Positions 13,631 to 26,322 of a stretch of 64,000 nt of DNA are shown here, piece by piece (the first letter of the stretch is position 1; each line of letters begins with the position of its first letter). A program made the translations under genes and the position numbers. The stretch is from NCBI RefSeq assembly GCF_009914755.1, contig NC_060932.1; one strand, written 5' to 3'. Below the pieces are notes generated by a model. It did not search any database, had not been told where the DNA came from, and was given only the letters and a program-made list of their open reading frames with translations. Source of the DNA: the human T2T-CHM13v2.0 reference genome, Homo sapiens.

Positions 13631-14316
13631 TTATTTGACTGATAAAGATATTACTTAAAGGAGCCACAATCCAATGGCGATCAATCAGAAACAAAAATAA
13701 ACCATTTCTAAAAACATCACGTAATTTAATAGAAAAAGCTCCATCCTTTACCAAACTTCAAACAAACGACTACTTCTCCAACAGGTATTTCATGAGTATA
13801 GCAAAATACAACAGAAAAAGTACTTGGCTCACTTTTTTGCAACTAAAATTATCAAAGCTCTGGCCATTCCAGGAGTACAAAAAATGCTAACAAAATCTTT
13901 AGACAACCTTCGGTTTAACAAACATTTACTCAGTACCTACGTTAAATGCTATGTTAAAGTCTCATTCAGGATCTTAGATATCCGTATCTATATGACTCAC
14001 TACATATCTACCCACCTATCTATATCTATCTATACCTATATACTATGTAGCTAAAGACAGGTAAAGCTCACGATATCAAGATAAGTAAGACAGCATTCTT
14101 GACCTTAAGGAGTTTGAAGTACACTGGCAGTAACAGATCCATGAAAGGATAAATCAATCAACTAACTGCTAGGACAGAGGAACAAAAGGAACAAAGGGGA
14201 CATAGATGAGGAATATTCAACCTAACCTCACGCATTCAGAAACAGCTTTCTGCAGGAGATGACACCTCAGCTAGGTCTTGGAGGAGAAGGTTAGCCAGGA
14301 AGAGAGGATAAAAGAG

Positions 14317-14616
14317 GGCCAGGAACAGTGGCTCACACCTGTAATCTCAGCACTTTGGGAGGCTGAGGAGGGTGGATCACTTGAGCCCAGGAGTTCAAGA
14401 CCAGCCAGGCCAATATGGTGAACCAACCCCGCCCCTCCAACTCCTAAAAATAGAAAAATTAGCCAGGCATGGTGGTGGGTGGCTACAGTCCCAGCTACTC
14501 CAGAGGCTGAGGACGGAAAATCGCTTGAACCTGCGAGGCAGAGGTTAAAGTGAGCTGAGATCGTGCCACTGCACTCTAGCCTGGGTGACAAAGTGAGACT
14601 CCATGTCAAAAAAATA
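14317..14616 (+). mobile_element. Alu (J/S-type)
   Basis: Full dimer. TSD aggataaaagag on both sides. Confidence 0.95.
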
Positions 14617-15090
14617 AAGGATAAAAGAGGCTTTCTGGTAGAAGTAACTGAGTGGCATAGGCTTGGAAGCGACATTACGCATGAGAACCACGCAGGCAGG
14701 TCAGCATAGCTGGAGTGTGGGGTGCTGAGCTGAAGTAGCAGGGTCAGGCTGTAGAAAACCAAAAATATCAAATTTGGGGAGGAGATTATGAGTGTGGGCT
14801 TAGACAAGTTAAGCTCAAGTGCCTCTGAAGCATCCAGGCGGAGATGGTGACTAAGCAAGTCAGAGAAAAGAAGAGCTGTACGCCAGAGAGGTAGATTCAG
14901 GGCCACTGGCATATTGATAGGAATCAAACCGTAAGACTGAAGGAGATAAACTCAGGGAGAAAATCGAGTGGGAAGAAAAGGTGGTGCTGAGTCTATAGGA
15001 ACTCCAACATCAAACAGCCAGGAAGAGGAAATAAGCCTGCAAAGCAGCTGGAGAAGGAACTTCTGGAGATGACCCACATTGTTATGAACT

Positions 15091-15817
15091 TGGGGGCTGA
15101 GGCTCTGCCTGAGTAGGTTTGACACAGGGCTATCCAGAACTGACTGAGGTAGCCTGGCTAATTCTGTAGCCCATTTTTGCCACGTATCCCGGTCATGTTC
15201 TCCAAATTAGCCAATATTTGTGTCTCCATCTGCCCGAACACCATTTTCCGACTCGTTCAGGACTGAGAAAGAAAAAGAAAAAAAAAAAGCAAGCAGCCCT
15301 TGATATTCAGAAGCTTGCCTGACAGTCACGGCAAGGTCATGTTATTCCGCTATTAGACATAAACCATCTCAAAGAAAACCAGCCTCACACAAGTGATAAA
15401 GAGAGACAAAACAAGGCCACTCCATAATTTTGTCTAAACACAGACAAAAACAAGGTCAACATGTCACCCGCAAAATACCAAACACCCCCTTTTCTTGGCC
15501 AAAGTGACTGCCTCTTTACTAATTACAACTTTATCCTCATTCTAGACCCCCATAGTAAGATTTACTGAGATACCTTATGTGAGAATTACTCTTTCTGAGG
15601 AGATCCAATCTAGAGCAAATCTCTCCTTCCTTAAACCCACCCCCAAATCATCCAACCAAGACCCAAATCTGTATGATGGGTTCTCCCTCAACACCCTCTT
15701 ACTAGGATACCTCACGACTTCCCATGGTATGCATTCTCCTTTGCAGCAACAAATAATAAACCCAGCGTGTCCAACTACAGAGTGTGCCTAACAGTCTTTG
15801 GCTGGAGGGAACTGACA
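15091..15817 (+). mobile_element. ERVL-type solo LTR (MER54/MER74-like)
   Basis: TG...CA termini with exact 5-bp TSD GAACT (15086-15090, 15818-15822), AATAAA near the 3' end, end motif 'tctttggctggagggaactgaca'. Subfamily uncertain. Confidence 0.75.
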
Positions 15818-16678
15818 GAACTCAGATGTAGAAAATAAAGATATCAAACCCCTAGATACCCCAAACGCTAAGGCTAGGATGGTAGTTCTCTCTTGAGATG
15901 GAAGAAGTGGGATGTGACTGGGGAAGGGCACACAGCCTTCAGAAGGTCTATGAGGAATGGTTGTTAATGTTAAGATTTTATTTATTAAACCAAATGGCGA
16001 GTAGATGGGGCTGTCATTCACAAAATTTTGAAGTCTCAAAATTTGAATATACCTTTAAAAAGAAGGATTCAGTGGACAGCAACGTCAGATGCTGCCGAGA
16101 AATCAAGTAAGCTGAGAACTGCAACAAAGCTCGGTGAGTTGAGCAACGTGGGGGTCAACGGTAACTTAAAAGCTTTTTTGGTGAGTTGTTGAGTGCGAAA
16201 GAAGAGTGAATTAAAGACAGAGTGGGAAGGAAATGGAGACAATGAATATGCAGAAATGTTTCCAGAAGTTTAACTGCATAGCAGAAGAGTGAGAGTGAGT
16301 GAGCAGTAGTTGGAAGGGTGTGTATCAGGGAGAAGACCAGGGCATTTGTGCAACTGACCAGACCTGTGGGCCTTGACCACTACTGGGCATCAGCTCTTCC
16401 TCCTGGCTCCTGGAATCCTACTCAAGGCTGGTGGCAAACAAGTAGGAGCTAAATCAAGAAGAAGCTCTTATCTCCTGTTTCACTTGACTTTGACGTTTGG
16501 GCTCTTAATAACATTTCATTCATCATTACTGCAACCCTTTCCCCATTACTAATAAATATCAGGAATAGTTATCAAATACGTATCAATATCAAAATAGCAG
16601 TGAATGAAAAAGTGGTAAGGGAAAATGTGTCTATTCATTAAAACTTCAAATACACACACACATACACCCACACACACA

Positions 16679-17218
16679 GAGTTGTCGCTTGGTATCCATG
16701 AGGGACAGATTCCAGGACTCCTCCATGGATACTAAAATCCATGTATGCACAGCTCCCTTATGCAAAATGGTGCAGTACTTGTGTATAACCTAAGCACATC
16801 CTCCTGTATACTTTAAATCATCTCTACATTATTTATAATAACCTAACACAATGTGATGCTATGTAAATAGCTATTGTACTATTATTTGTATAATTTTTAC
16901 AATTATTTCTCATATTTTATTTTTTAAAATAGTCTCAGCCCAACACAGTGGCTCACGCCTGTAATCCTAGCACTTAGGAAGGCTGAGGTGAGCTCTTGCC
17001 TGAGCTCAGGAGTTGGAGTCCAGCCTGGTCAACATGATGAAACTCTGTCTCTACTAAAAATACAAAATAATTAGCCAGGCATAGTGGTGCGTGCCTGTAA
17101 TCCCAGCTACTCGGGGGCTGAGGCATGAAAATTGCATGAACCCAGGAGGCAGAGGTTGCAGTGAGCCAAGATCACGCCACTGCACTCCAGCCTGGGCAAC
17201 AGAGCGAGACTCTGGCTG

Positions 17219-17249
<31 letters not shown>

Positions 17250-17302
17250 CAAAAAAAATTCAATCCATGGTTGGTTGAATCCATTCAATATCCATGAATG
17301 TG

Positions 17303-17344
<42 letters not shown>

Positions 17345-17355
17345 AGTACTGACTG
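16679..17355 (+). mobile_element. MER2 (TcMar-Tigger) relic split by an Alu and a (CA)n repeat
   Basis: 'ggtatccatgagggacagattccaggac', 'cacatcctcctgtatactttaaatcatctcta', resumes with 'tccatggttggttgaatcc' after the Alu, ends gactg+TA. Confidence 0.85.
16937..17258 (+). mobile_element. Alu (S-type) nested in MER2
   Basis: Full dimer with (AAAAC)n tail. Confidence 0.95.
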
Positions 17356-17582
17356 TACATGAGTGTGTATGTGTATATATGTAAGTGTATATATAATTTT
17401 ATAATATCTATAACTCTTTGCTTCATTAACATAGATGAGTAACAGATTTTGCATTTATGACTTAGTCTCTACATTTATGCATTATAATCATGACATGTAA
17501 ACTTTACTAGAATTCAGTCGCTAAACTCTTACTTCTAAAAAAATGTAAAACCGATAGCACAGCAGAAAAAAGTAAATTGTTC

Positions 17583-17750
17583 ACCGGGCACAGTGGCTCG
17601 CAGCTCGAGTCCCAGTTATTCAAGTGGCTGAGGCTGGAGGATCGCTTGAACCCAAGAGATCGGGGCTATAGCGAGCTATGATTGTGCCACTGCCCTTCAG
17701 CCTGGACAACAGAGCAAGACCTTATCTCATAAAGGAATAGAAAAGGAAAA
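17583..17750 (+). mobile_element. Free Alu monomer (FRAM/FAM-like)
   Basis: Single right-arm-type monomer flanked by gaaaaaagtaaattgt/gaaaaagttgattgt. Confidence 0.8.
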
Positions 17751-20107
17751 AGTTGATTGTCCATGAAGTTAGTAAGACTATTTACCTGAAGTCACAGACT
17801 TTCTAATGAGAAAGGGACTGGTGAGGAAAAAAGAGTCACACGAAATGAGCAACAGAAGTTTTGTTCAACACAAATATTTCCCTGCAATCTGGAGTGTGTG
17901 GAGTTACTGCCTCTAGCCCCACTGCCTTGAACCTACAGGGGGTTCTCTGCCACTCCCCACAGAAACTGTCATCAGTCAATCAGTATCAGCTGATCTTCAA
18001 GCCTGACACTTCAAGTGTGAATACCTAAGAATCTGAACCCGTGGTTTCTTGCTAAGGCTTCCATTTCCTATTACATGAAAACATCTTGATGATTAAAAGA
18101 AAAATTAAAACCTTAGACTAATTCCAGGGAGCTTGAAACTCTTCAGAGATAGAGCTATTTTCTAAATCCTCATGACATTCCACCAAGGGAGGCAGATATC
18201 TATCATCTTTATTTTAGAGTTGGAAACATTGAAACCCCAAAAGCACAAGCTTCTTAAAAAGAATGTAACATAATCAGTCTGCCAGAATTTTCACTCATAG
18301 CTCCACATAATTTAAAAAGTCAATGTAAGTCAAATGGGATGGACGTTAATATTGCCATTCCCATGAGACATATTCTGGACTGCTAAAGAAATTGCAGGGC
18401 AGGAGGCAGAACACCCAGCTCAGTCCTAGCTGGAGCCACAGCTTTGAGTGGATCACTTCATTTATTTAAGTTCCCTTATTTACAAAATACTATCAAAATT
18501 TACAATGCAATGGCATCTCCAAGTCCTGTTTCTAACACCACCGCTTACCAACTAAGTAACCTTGGCAAATCACTAAAGTTCTCTGGGTCTCAGCTTCTCA
18601 GGTGCAAGGAAAATTGACATAGAATCTCATGACTTCAAGGCAGGAGCCCTCAACACCTCACCTCTTCAGAGTATAGCCAAGGTGAAATTTTTTTATCAAC
18701 TGTGACTTCGGTGGAACAAAAGAACTTTGTTGTTTGCAAGCAAATTCAACTTGGCTTTCACGTCCCCAGTCTGCAGGGAGCACACCACCCATCATAGCCT
18801 GTTCTGCTCTACTCACTGTGATCCAGTGGTTCCTTTTGGCCAGATGCAGGTACTGCCCAGTCCAAAGCTCAATGTCTTTCCAGCAGATGGGGCCTCTGGG
18901 TTTCTCCTGCCTGCCCCTTCCCTTTTCCCTGGATGCTTGGGCTTCTGGAAGGGAAAAGAGGAGCCTGGCCCTTCTGAATCTCTCTACTTCCTGCCTGCTG
19001 GTTGAGTTTTTCTTTCCTATTCTAAGGAAAATAGTCCTGACATCATATCCTGCATGAATGCCATGGTGTACTGTAAATTCTAGGCTCTGTTGGTCTTGGC
19101 TGGTAGGAGAGCACAGAGCCTTCGTCGCTGTTTCTTTCTGTCTCTCAACAAGTTTAGCTTTTGGAAATTAAAAAAAAAAAACATGTTTGTTTGCACATTA
19201 TTGTCTCGCTCTGGACCTTAAAACAATCTCATTTTGATCCTGGAAGCCCAGCAGCCATGGCTTCTTTATCCAAGCTATACCCACCCTCCTCCCAAAACAA
19301 CAATTATCCCAGTTTCAATGGATGCAAAGCTGCAGGGCAGTGAGGAACAATTAGGGGTGACTGGGGATGAGGACATATGAGCCCGGTATTTTCAAAAACA
19401 TGAGCCGTGTTACAAAAGCCTTTTATGTCTGTCTTCTCTTTTCTATTCCCTTAAACATCTCTCTGCTTTAGGTTCCTATCATGACAAAAGAGCTCCCTAA
19501 CCAGTCTTCCCACTCCAAATCCTCACCACAGCTGCCATTATAGTTTTACTAAACCATGGCTTCAATCATGATTTTCAAAAATAATGACCTGGAAAGTCCT
19601 CACACTGACCCTCAAAGTCTTTCTAATGTGGCCCTCTCCCTGCCTTCTAGCCTTGGCTCCTACCATATTCCAGTCATACGAGTACTCAGATGGCAGAAGG
19701 TGCCTGAAGAGGTAGTGAGCTCTTCCTCATCACAGATACACATGTTCAGGCTGGTTAACCCTTGGCGAGAAGGTACAGAGAGCGAGGAGTCACCTAAAAT
19801 GCTAGATTCAGATCCATCTACACCAAAGGAAATGTTTACACATACCCCACTTCTCTGTACTACAGGTGAACTACAAAACAAGCTGCTTATCCACCGGACT
19901 CAGTATTTTCCAACTGCCATACATCCCATCCGATCAACACTGTCATCTTTGTCTAAAATAGTCCTCTCTTCTTCTACCCCAACTTTTATTTTCCTTTCCT
20001 AATTCTGCTCCTTAAGACTTATCTTAAATATTAAATGTCAAACTTTTCATGAAGCTTTTCTTTTCTACTGTATATTCTATCCTGTTTAGTCTTAAAGCAG
20101 TTTGACG

Positions 20108-20408
20108 TTTTTGTTTTTGTTTTTGTTTTTGAGAGACAAGGTCTCCCTCTGTCACCCAGGCTGGAGTGTGGTGACAATGTCATAGCTCACCACAGCCTCA
20201 AACTTTTGGGATCAAGCGATCCTCTCACTTCAGCCTCTTGAGTAGCTAGACCTACAGGTACATACCACCACACCTAGCTAATTTTTTTATTTTTATTTTT
20301 ATAGAGATGGGGTCTTGCTATGTTGCCCAGGCTGGTCTCAAACTCCTGGCCTCAAGTGATCCTCCTGCCCTGGCCTCCCAAAGCATTAGGATTACAGTCA
20401 TAAGCCAT
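20108..20408 (-). mobile_element. AluJ-like
   Basis: (TTTTTG)n tail. 'catagctcaccacagcctcaaac' and 'gggtcttgctatgttgcccaggctgg'. Confidence 0.93.
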
Positions 20409-21167
20409 GAGTCCCTATTTTTAATTTATCCTAATTTAATTTAATTTCCCTATTTTTAATTTATGCTTTTCCAAATCCTACTCTTCCAAGACTTATCAAT
20501 ATCAAATGGTTCATGAAGATTTTCTTCGCTAGTGTACCTTCTATCCTGCTTGGTCTTCAAGCACTAGAGTTTAACCTTTCTATGGCTCATATAGAATATT
20601 TTTGATCATATCTTTTCATGTACTTCACATCCTCCTAATAGGCTGTAAGCTCTTTGAGAGCAAGGAATGGCTCTTCCTCTTTCTGTGTATTAACAGCATC
20701 GACAATGCAGAATAACGCTTAGTTTCAGTATGTTGAGCTCCCATAATATACTGATCATAATGCTCATTGCTGTAGGCATATAGAAGAGCTTTTTACAGTT
20801 CTTTTTCTCCAAAACATATGCAGTCTAATTGGGAATACATGGAAAACAAAGCTTAGATTTTTTAAAAGGGTCAAAATAATAAGATGTTTAAAACCATGAG
20901 GGGAAGAAAAAGAGAATCTTTACTATTACACCAAAATAATCTCCCCAGATTTTTTGGCATGTCTCTCCCTACCTTCCCCCCATGCCAAATCAATTGTTCT
21001 GAGGTACTCAGATGCAGAATTTGGTCTTATTTCCTTTCAAAATCTAAATTTAAAATAAGTATAATATTAAAAATATATTCAGTGATGTGTGACAAATAGT
21101 ATAAAGTTTGAAAGAATACTTGATGTTAGCAAGTTCATAGTTCAATGTAATATTAAGTTGCATATGA

Positions 21168-21461
21168 GGCCGGGTGTGGTGGTTCACATCTGTAATTCCA
21201 GCACTTTGGGAGGCCAAGGCATGTGGATCACTTCAGGTCAGGAGTTCGAGACTAGCCTGGCCAACACTGTGACACCTCATCTCTACCAAAAAAATACAGA
21301 AATTAGCCAGGTGTGGCAGGTGCCTTTAGTACCAGCTACTCAGGAGGCTGAGGCAGCAGAATAGCTTGAACCCAGGAGGCAGAGGCTGCAGTGAGCTGAG
21401 ATCCCACTACTGCACTCTAGCCTGAGTGACAGAGTGAGACTCCATCTCAAGAAAAAAAAAA
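21168..21461 (+). mobile_element. Alu (Sx/Sz-like)
   Basis: Full dimer with A tail. Confidence 0.96.
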
Positions 21462-23157
21462 TCTGTGTAAGAGTACTTATTTAATCAAGAAGCAGATTCC
21501 TGGGGAATCGGACACCCATCGGCTGCATTGCTGTAGATGGTGGTGCACAAGTGGGGAAAACACACCAATCATGACCCTGCAGGTACCATTCAGCCAGGGG
21601 CCAGGGAAAATTAAATGAAATCCACCAAGAACTATTTCTTGGCATGACTAAAAGCAGACGGGAATCGAAAACCGAATCAGAAACGAGAAAGCCCCAAGTG
21701 ACCTAAACTCTCTCACACACGTCTAAAATGCTCAGTGAATGACAGTTTAAAGAGGCGTAAAAATGCCTAGAAGAAATAAAATAATCGTCATAAGCAGTTT
21801 GTTAGAACTAATCTTGCATTTGGCAATCTTTTTTCTTCAAGTCAAGTGGGGAGTTTGTAATCCAAACAGCCTTGGTGATTATAACCATATATTTTGTGTC
21901 TATCCATTGCACTTCGCCATATTTCCTCCCAGAAGAAGCTTCAAATCCCTGACCACTGCCGAAATATATGTGGTGGCTGACACCACCAAAAGATGTTGCC
22001 AGGTTGAAGTAAATAAAAAGACAGAGTTAGCAGTGAGTATCAGGGAGTATTTGGAAAGAAAAGCAAAGGCTTAAAACCATCTGTGCTGAGAGAAAGAATG
22101 TGAAGAAATAGGTTCCTAACACATTTAAACATTTTAAACCTATTTCCAAATTATCATCCCTGTGCCTGCTACTGACATATAAATGACAACATTTGAAAAA
22201 AAAATAGAAAAGAAATATTATTTCCTATGTTTAATTTTATGAAATCTGGCTCTCTAGAAGCCTGAAAATTTCAGCGTGTTCTTCTAGCACCTCAAAGAAG
22301 GATTCATCATCCAAGATGTCCCTTAAGCTATTTCTAAAACTAACGGCTCAAGATAACTTAGCCATTAACAACTTCTACTCCAAAAGAGCAGTGAAAAATT
22401 AGTTAAAAGTTGATGACTATTTTAAAAGGATCTCTCTATAAGGGGTGATTTACCAGTTGAACTCTCCTGACTGGAGGGTTTAGACAAAATACACTTATAT
22501 AAACTAGTTCTCAAAATCACTAGTTCAATTAAATGTCCATTAATAACAATAAAACTTTGAATATTTAAAATCATTTAAACAATGATCAACCAATTCAGGT
22601 AGTGCTCCAAGTCAATTTTCAGAAATTTAAAAACTAAATATGATTCTGATTGTAAGATGATGAATTGAACCCATCCATTTAATCTGATGTAATACACCAT
22701 ATTAGCAAGCCATAGAAGGAAAAAAATCACATGATCTTATCAACTGATGTCAAAAAACATTTGAAAAACTTCAACATCCATTCACAATTTAAAACTCTCA
22801 GAAAAGCAAGAATAGAGGGAATTTCCTCCACTGGATAAGGAATATCTACAATAAACCTACAACTAACATTATACTTAATGGTGAAATACTAAATACATTC
22901 CTTTCAGACTGGGAACAAAGCAAGGATGTTAATTTTCACAACTTTTGATAGATCTAGTACTGGAAGTTCTAGCCAATGCAAGTGAAGAAAAAGAAAAGGC
23001 ATACAGATTAGAAAGGAAGAAGTAAAACTGTCCATTTTTGCAGAAGACATGATCTATATAGGCAATGCCAAGTAATCTACAAAAAACTCCTTGAGTAAGT
23101 GAGTGAGTCCAGCAGGAACAAAGGATATAAGATCAATATATGACACTTAATTGCATA

Positions 23158-23352
23158 ATGTAAACTATAAACTTTGGGTGATGATGATGTAAAATGTAGA
23201 TTCATCAATTTAACAAATATATCACTCTGGTTGGGAATGTTGTTAACAGGGGAGGCTACACATGCGTAAAGGCAAGGGGTATATGGAAAATCTTTGTACC
23301 TTCTTCATTTTGCTCTGAACTTCAAAATTTTGTAAAAAATGTTAAAAAAAAC
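23158..23352 (+). mobile_element. L1MC1/2/3-like 3' end nested in older L1
   Basis: 'aatgtaaactataactttgggtgatgatgatgt...ggggtatatggaaaatctttgtacc' followed by an A tail. The host resumes at 'aatgcat', echoing 'aattgcat' on the left. Confidence 0.75.
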
Positions 23353-23961
23353 AAATGCATCTCCACACATAGCAATCAACATATGGACACTGAAATTAAA
23401 AATACAAGAGCATTTATAATCACTAAAAAAAATTTAAATACTTAGGTATAAATCTAACAAGATATGTACATGCCTTATGTGCTGAAAACTACAAGACACA
23501 GATGAAAATTTAAAAATCTAAATGAATAGATGCATGGATTGGAAAATGTAATCAGGAGTTACATGACTCAACAGGAAATAAATTCTCTTCAAATTGATAT
23601 ATAAATTTAATATAACTCCTATAAAAAATCTCAGCAAGATTGCTTTGTACATATGAAGATTATAGAATCTACGTAAGAAAGCAAAAGAGCTAGAACAGCA
23701 AATAATTTCAAAAAGAAAAATGAAGTGGGAGAAATCAGTCTACTAGTTTCAAGAATTATTATACAGCTACAGCAGTTGAGACTGGCAGAAGTAGTGGCAG
23801 AGAGATAGATATACAGAACAACAAAGTAGAATAGAGAACCCAGAAATAGGTACAACTGCTACGTCCAACTGCTTTTTCACAAAGGTACAGAAGTAATTCA
23901 ACGGGGGTAAACAGCCTTTTCAACAAATGGTGCTGGTTCTGGAGCAAGTGAATATCCAATC

Positions 23962-24681
23962 TGAGAATCAAAAATAAAATCCTAAATCCCCCTCCAACCG
24001 ACAAACTGATCTCCTCTTGGCCAATGGGATCCCAGAGAAACCTTAAAAATCTGAGTTCCTAGCCATGACAGCAAGGGAGGTCAGACACACCTCAGTATGT
24101 CCCTTCCTTATTAACCTTTAAGCAGAATTCTTTCCTCATGAGTAAGCAGAAACTAGCTCTGGAAAACAAGAAATGGTTAATTTGTTTCTTTATTACCTTG
24201 AGCCAATCATTTGAGGCTGTAACTACACTCCCCCTCCTTCTTTGCAGTTTTGATGGGACAGCTCACCAGTTCCACAATTCATCCCCCTCCTAAAATGTCA
24301 GTCTCTAAGCCAGTTTGTCTGACTCACAGAGGGTGTGCAGTAAACGGTCTTCGTGGCTTCAGAGGGCTGAAAACTCCACCCTTCGATTATGGTAAGGCTG
24401 CCATTTTTTAAAGCATGTGAACCTTGAAGAGGCATAAATCTCAATTGCTTCTTTCTCCTTTCATAAATATTCATGACTTATTATTCAATATGTACATTTG
24501 ACCACCCCACTCAGCATAAATTCCTGTTCCCTTTACCCCTCACTCAAAGTGTCTGCTTTTGGCTTCTGCCAGAGACTACCCTTCCAAGCCTACAGGATGG
24601 GAAGCCTGCAGGCTGCAACCCTTTATGCGAAATAAAGCTCCCCTTTCCAAATTTATAAACCCAGTGATCCTTCAGTTGACA
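23962..24681 (+). mobile_element. ERV1 solo LTR, MER39-like
   Basis: TG...CA, 720 bp, exact 4-bp TSD AATC, start 'aaaaataaaatcctaaatccccc', AATAAA, end 'cttcagttgaca'. Splits contiguous L1 sequence. Confidence 0.85.
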
Positions 24682-25032
24682 AATCCATAAGCAAACAAAA
24701 GAAAAAGGAACATCAACCTAAGTCTCACACCTCATACAAAAATTAAAATGCATCCCAGAGTTAAATGTAAGAGATTAAACTTTTAAAACTTTTAGGAAAA
24801 AACATAGGACAAAATCTTTGAGATCTAAGAGTAGACAAAGTACTATTTGACTTGACACCAAAAGCATAAGAACTATCAAAGAAACATACATTGGACTTCA
24901 TTAAAAACTTTTGCTCTGCAAAATTCTTTGTTAAGATAATGAAAAGATAAGCTATGGACTGGGGAAAATATTTGCCAACTATGTATCTAACAAAGGACTA
25001 GCACCAACCTTTAGTCAGATATAAAGAACACT

Positions 25033-25331
25033 TGGTGGAGTGCAGTGGCTCATACCTCTAATCCCAGTGTTTTGGGAGGCTGAGGCAGGAGGATGCTTGA
25101 GGCCAGGAGTTCAAGATCAGCCTGGGCAACAAAGCAAGATGATACTGCTACAAAAAATGAAAAAGAGAAAATAAAAGTGAGCCAGGCATGGTGGCATGTG
25201 CCTGTAGTCCCCTAGCTACTTGAAAGGCTGAGGCAGGAAGATTGCTTGAGCCTAGGAGTTGGAGGCTGTAGTGAGCTATGATTGTACTCCATCCTGTGTG
25301 ACAGAGCAAGATCCTGTCTGAAAAGGGAAAA
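25033..25331 (+). mobile_element. AluJ-like
   Basis: J-type 'ttgcttgagcctaggagttggaggctgtagtgagctatgat'. Confidence 0.92.
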
Positions 25332-26057
25332 ATAAAAACCCTCAAGATTCAACAACATAAAAAAAAAGTCATATAATTAGAAAATGGGCAGAAGACATGA
25401 ACAGACATTTCACTGTGGTAGAAAATCAGCTAGGAGGCCAAAGCAATGATGCAGGCAAAAGATACTTGTAATTGGAATGAGAATGGGGGCAACAAAAGTA
25501 GAGAGCAATGTATGAACCTGACCTCATGTCGAACGCAGGATTAAAGGACTGGGTAATTTGCATGGGGAAGTGAGAAGGAGGAGGCCTTCAGGATAACATC
25601 AGCCAACATTCGGTGCATAAAGGTTTAGTTTCTTGAACTGAGGGAGACCGGGGGAGGTACAGGCTGGGAAGAAACAGCCATGACTTATACTTTGGGCAAG
25701 ACAAGCTGGAGATGGCTGGAAGATCAATTGAAACAGCAGGATTTGTGGACTTCACTCTGCACATCTGGGTCAAGGTTATAAAGTAGGCCTCCTATCCTGG
25801 TTCCGTTGCTTCCTAGATACCCCTGCCCCCAGACTCTGTGTCTCCTCACTGAGCCTACCAAGGTCAACCTTGCCGCTGAGCTAGTGTGTGTCCATTTGCT
25901 CTGCCTGGACCGCTCATCCTGAGATGTTGTCCCTCCTGGCTCCTTCTCTTCTGTTAGGTGTCAGCTGAGATGGTTTCTCCCAAAAGACCTTGTGCTGGGC
26001 ATACAGGAGAAACTACAACTTCACCACCAGACACTCTGTATCACATTTTGTTATATT

Positions 26058-26322
26058 TTCTTTTTATATTTTTAGTGTATATATTTAACATGTACAGCTT
26101 GATGTTTTGATATACATATACCAAGTGAAATGATTACTATAGTCAAGCAAATTTACACACCTCACAGAGTCAGTGGGTTGTGTGTGTGTGTGGTTAGGAA
26201 TCCCTAACATCTACACCCTTAGCAAACTTGCAGTACACAATATCATCAACTGTAGTCCTCATATGTATTAGATATCCAAATTTGCTCATTCTACATAACT
26301 ACAAGTGTGTACCTTTTGACCT
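26058..26322 (-). mobile_element. L1MA-type 3' end
   Basis: 'gatgttttgatatacatatac..gtgaaatgattactatagtcaagc...atctacacccttagcaaa' is typical of late L1MA 3' UTR in reverse. Confidence 0.75.

Larger units (their letters stand above)
14060..16320 (-). mobile_element. Degraded L2 fragments, interrupted by an Alu and an LTR
   Basis: Purine-rich L2-like phrases (e.g. 'aacagctttctgcaggagatgacacctcagctaggtcttg', 'agatgctgccgagaaatcaagtaagctgagaactg'). Boundaries approximate. Confidence 0.55.
22660..25415 (+). mobile_element. Old L1 (L1M) ORF2 region, interrupted by an L1MC 3' end, an LTR and an Alu
   Basis: ORF2-type phrases 'aactaacattatacttaatggtgaaa', 'tactggaagttctagccaatgcaa', 'cttttcaacaaatggtgctgg', 'aaaatgggcagaagacatgaacagacatttcac'. 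No intact frame. Confidence 0.88.

Noticed and set aside
14271-14927. Longest ORF in the track (218 aa, minus)
   Set aside because: The C-terminal half is antisense Alu ([14 protein letters not shown]...) and the rest is L2-like. This is a typical repeat artefact.
21470-21960. Two short minus-strand stretches after CAG that looked exon-like
   Set aside because: Acceptor tracts are poor, the frames end in stops without a good donor, and the peptides are unrecognised.
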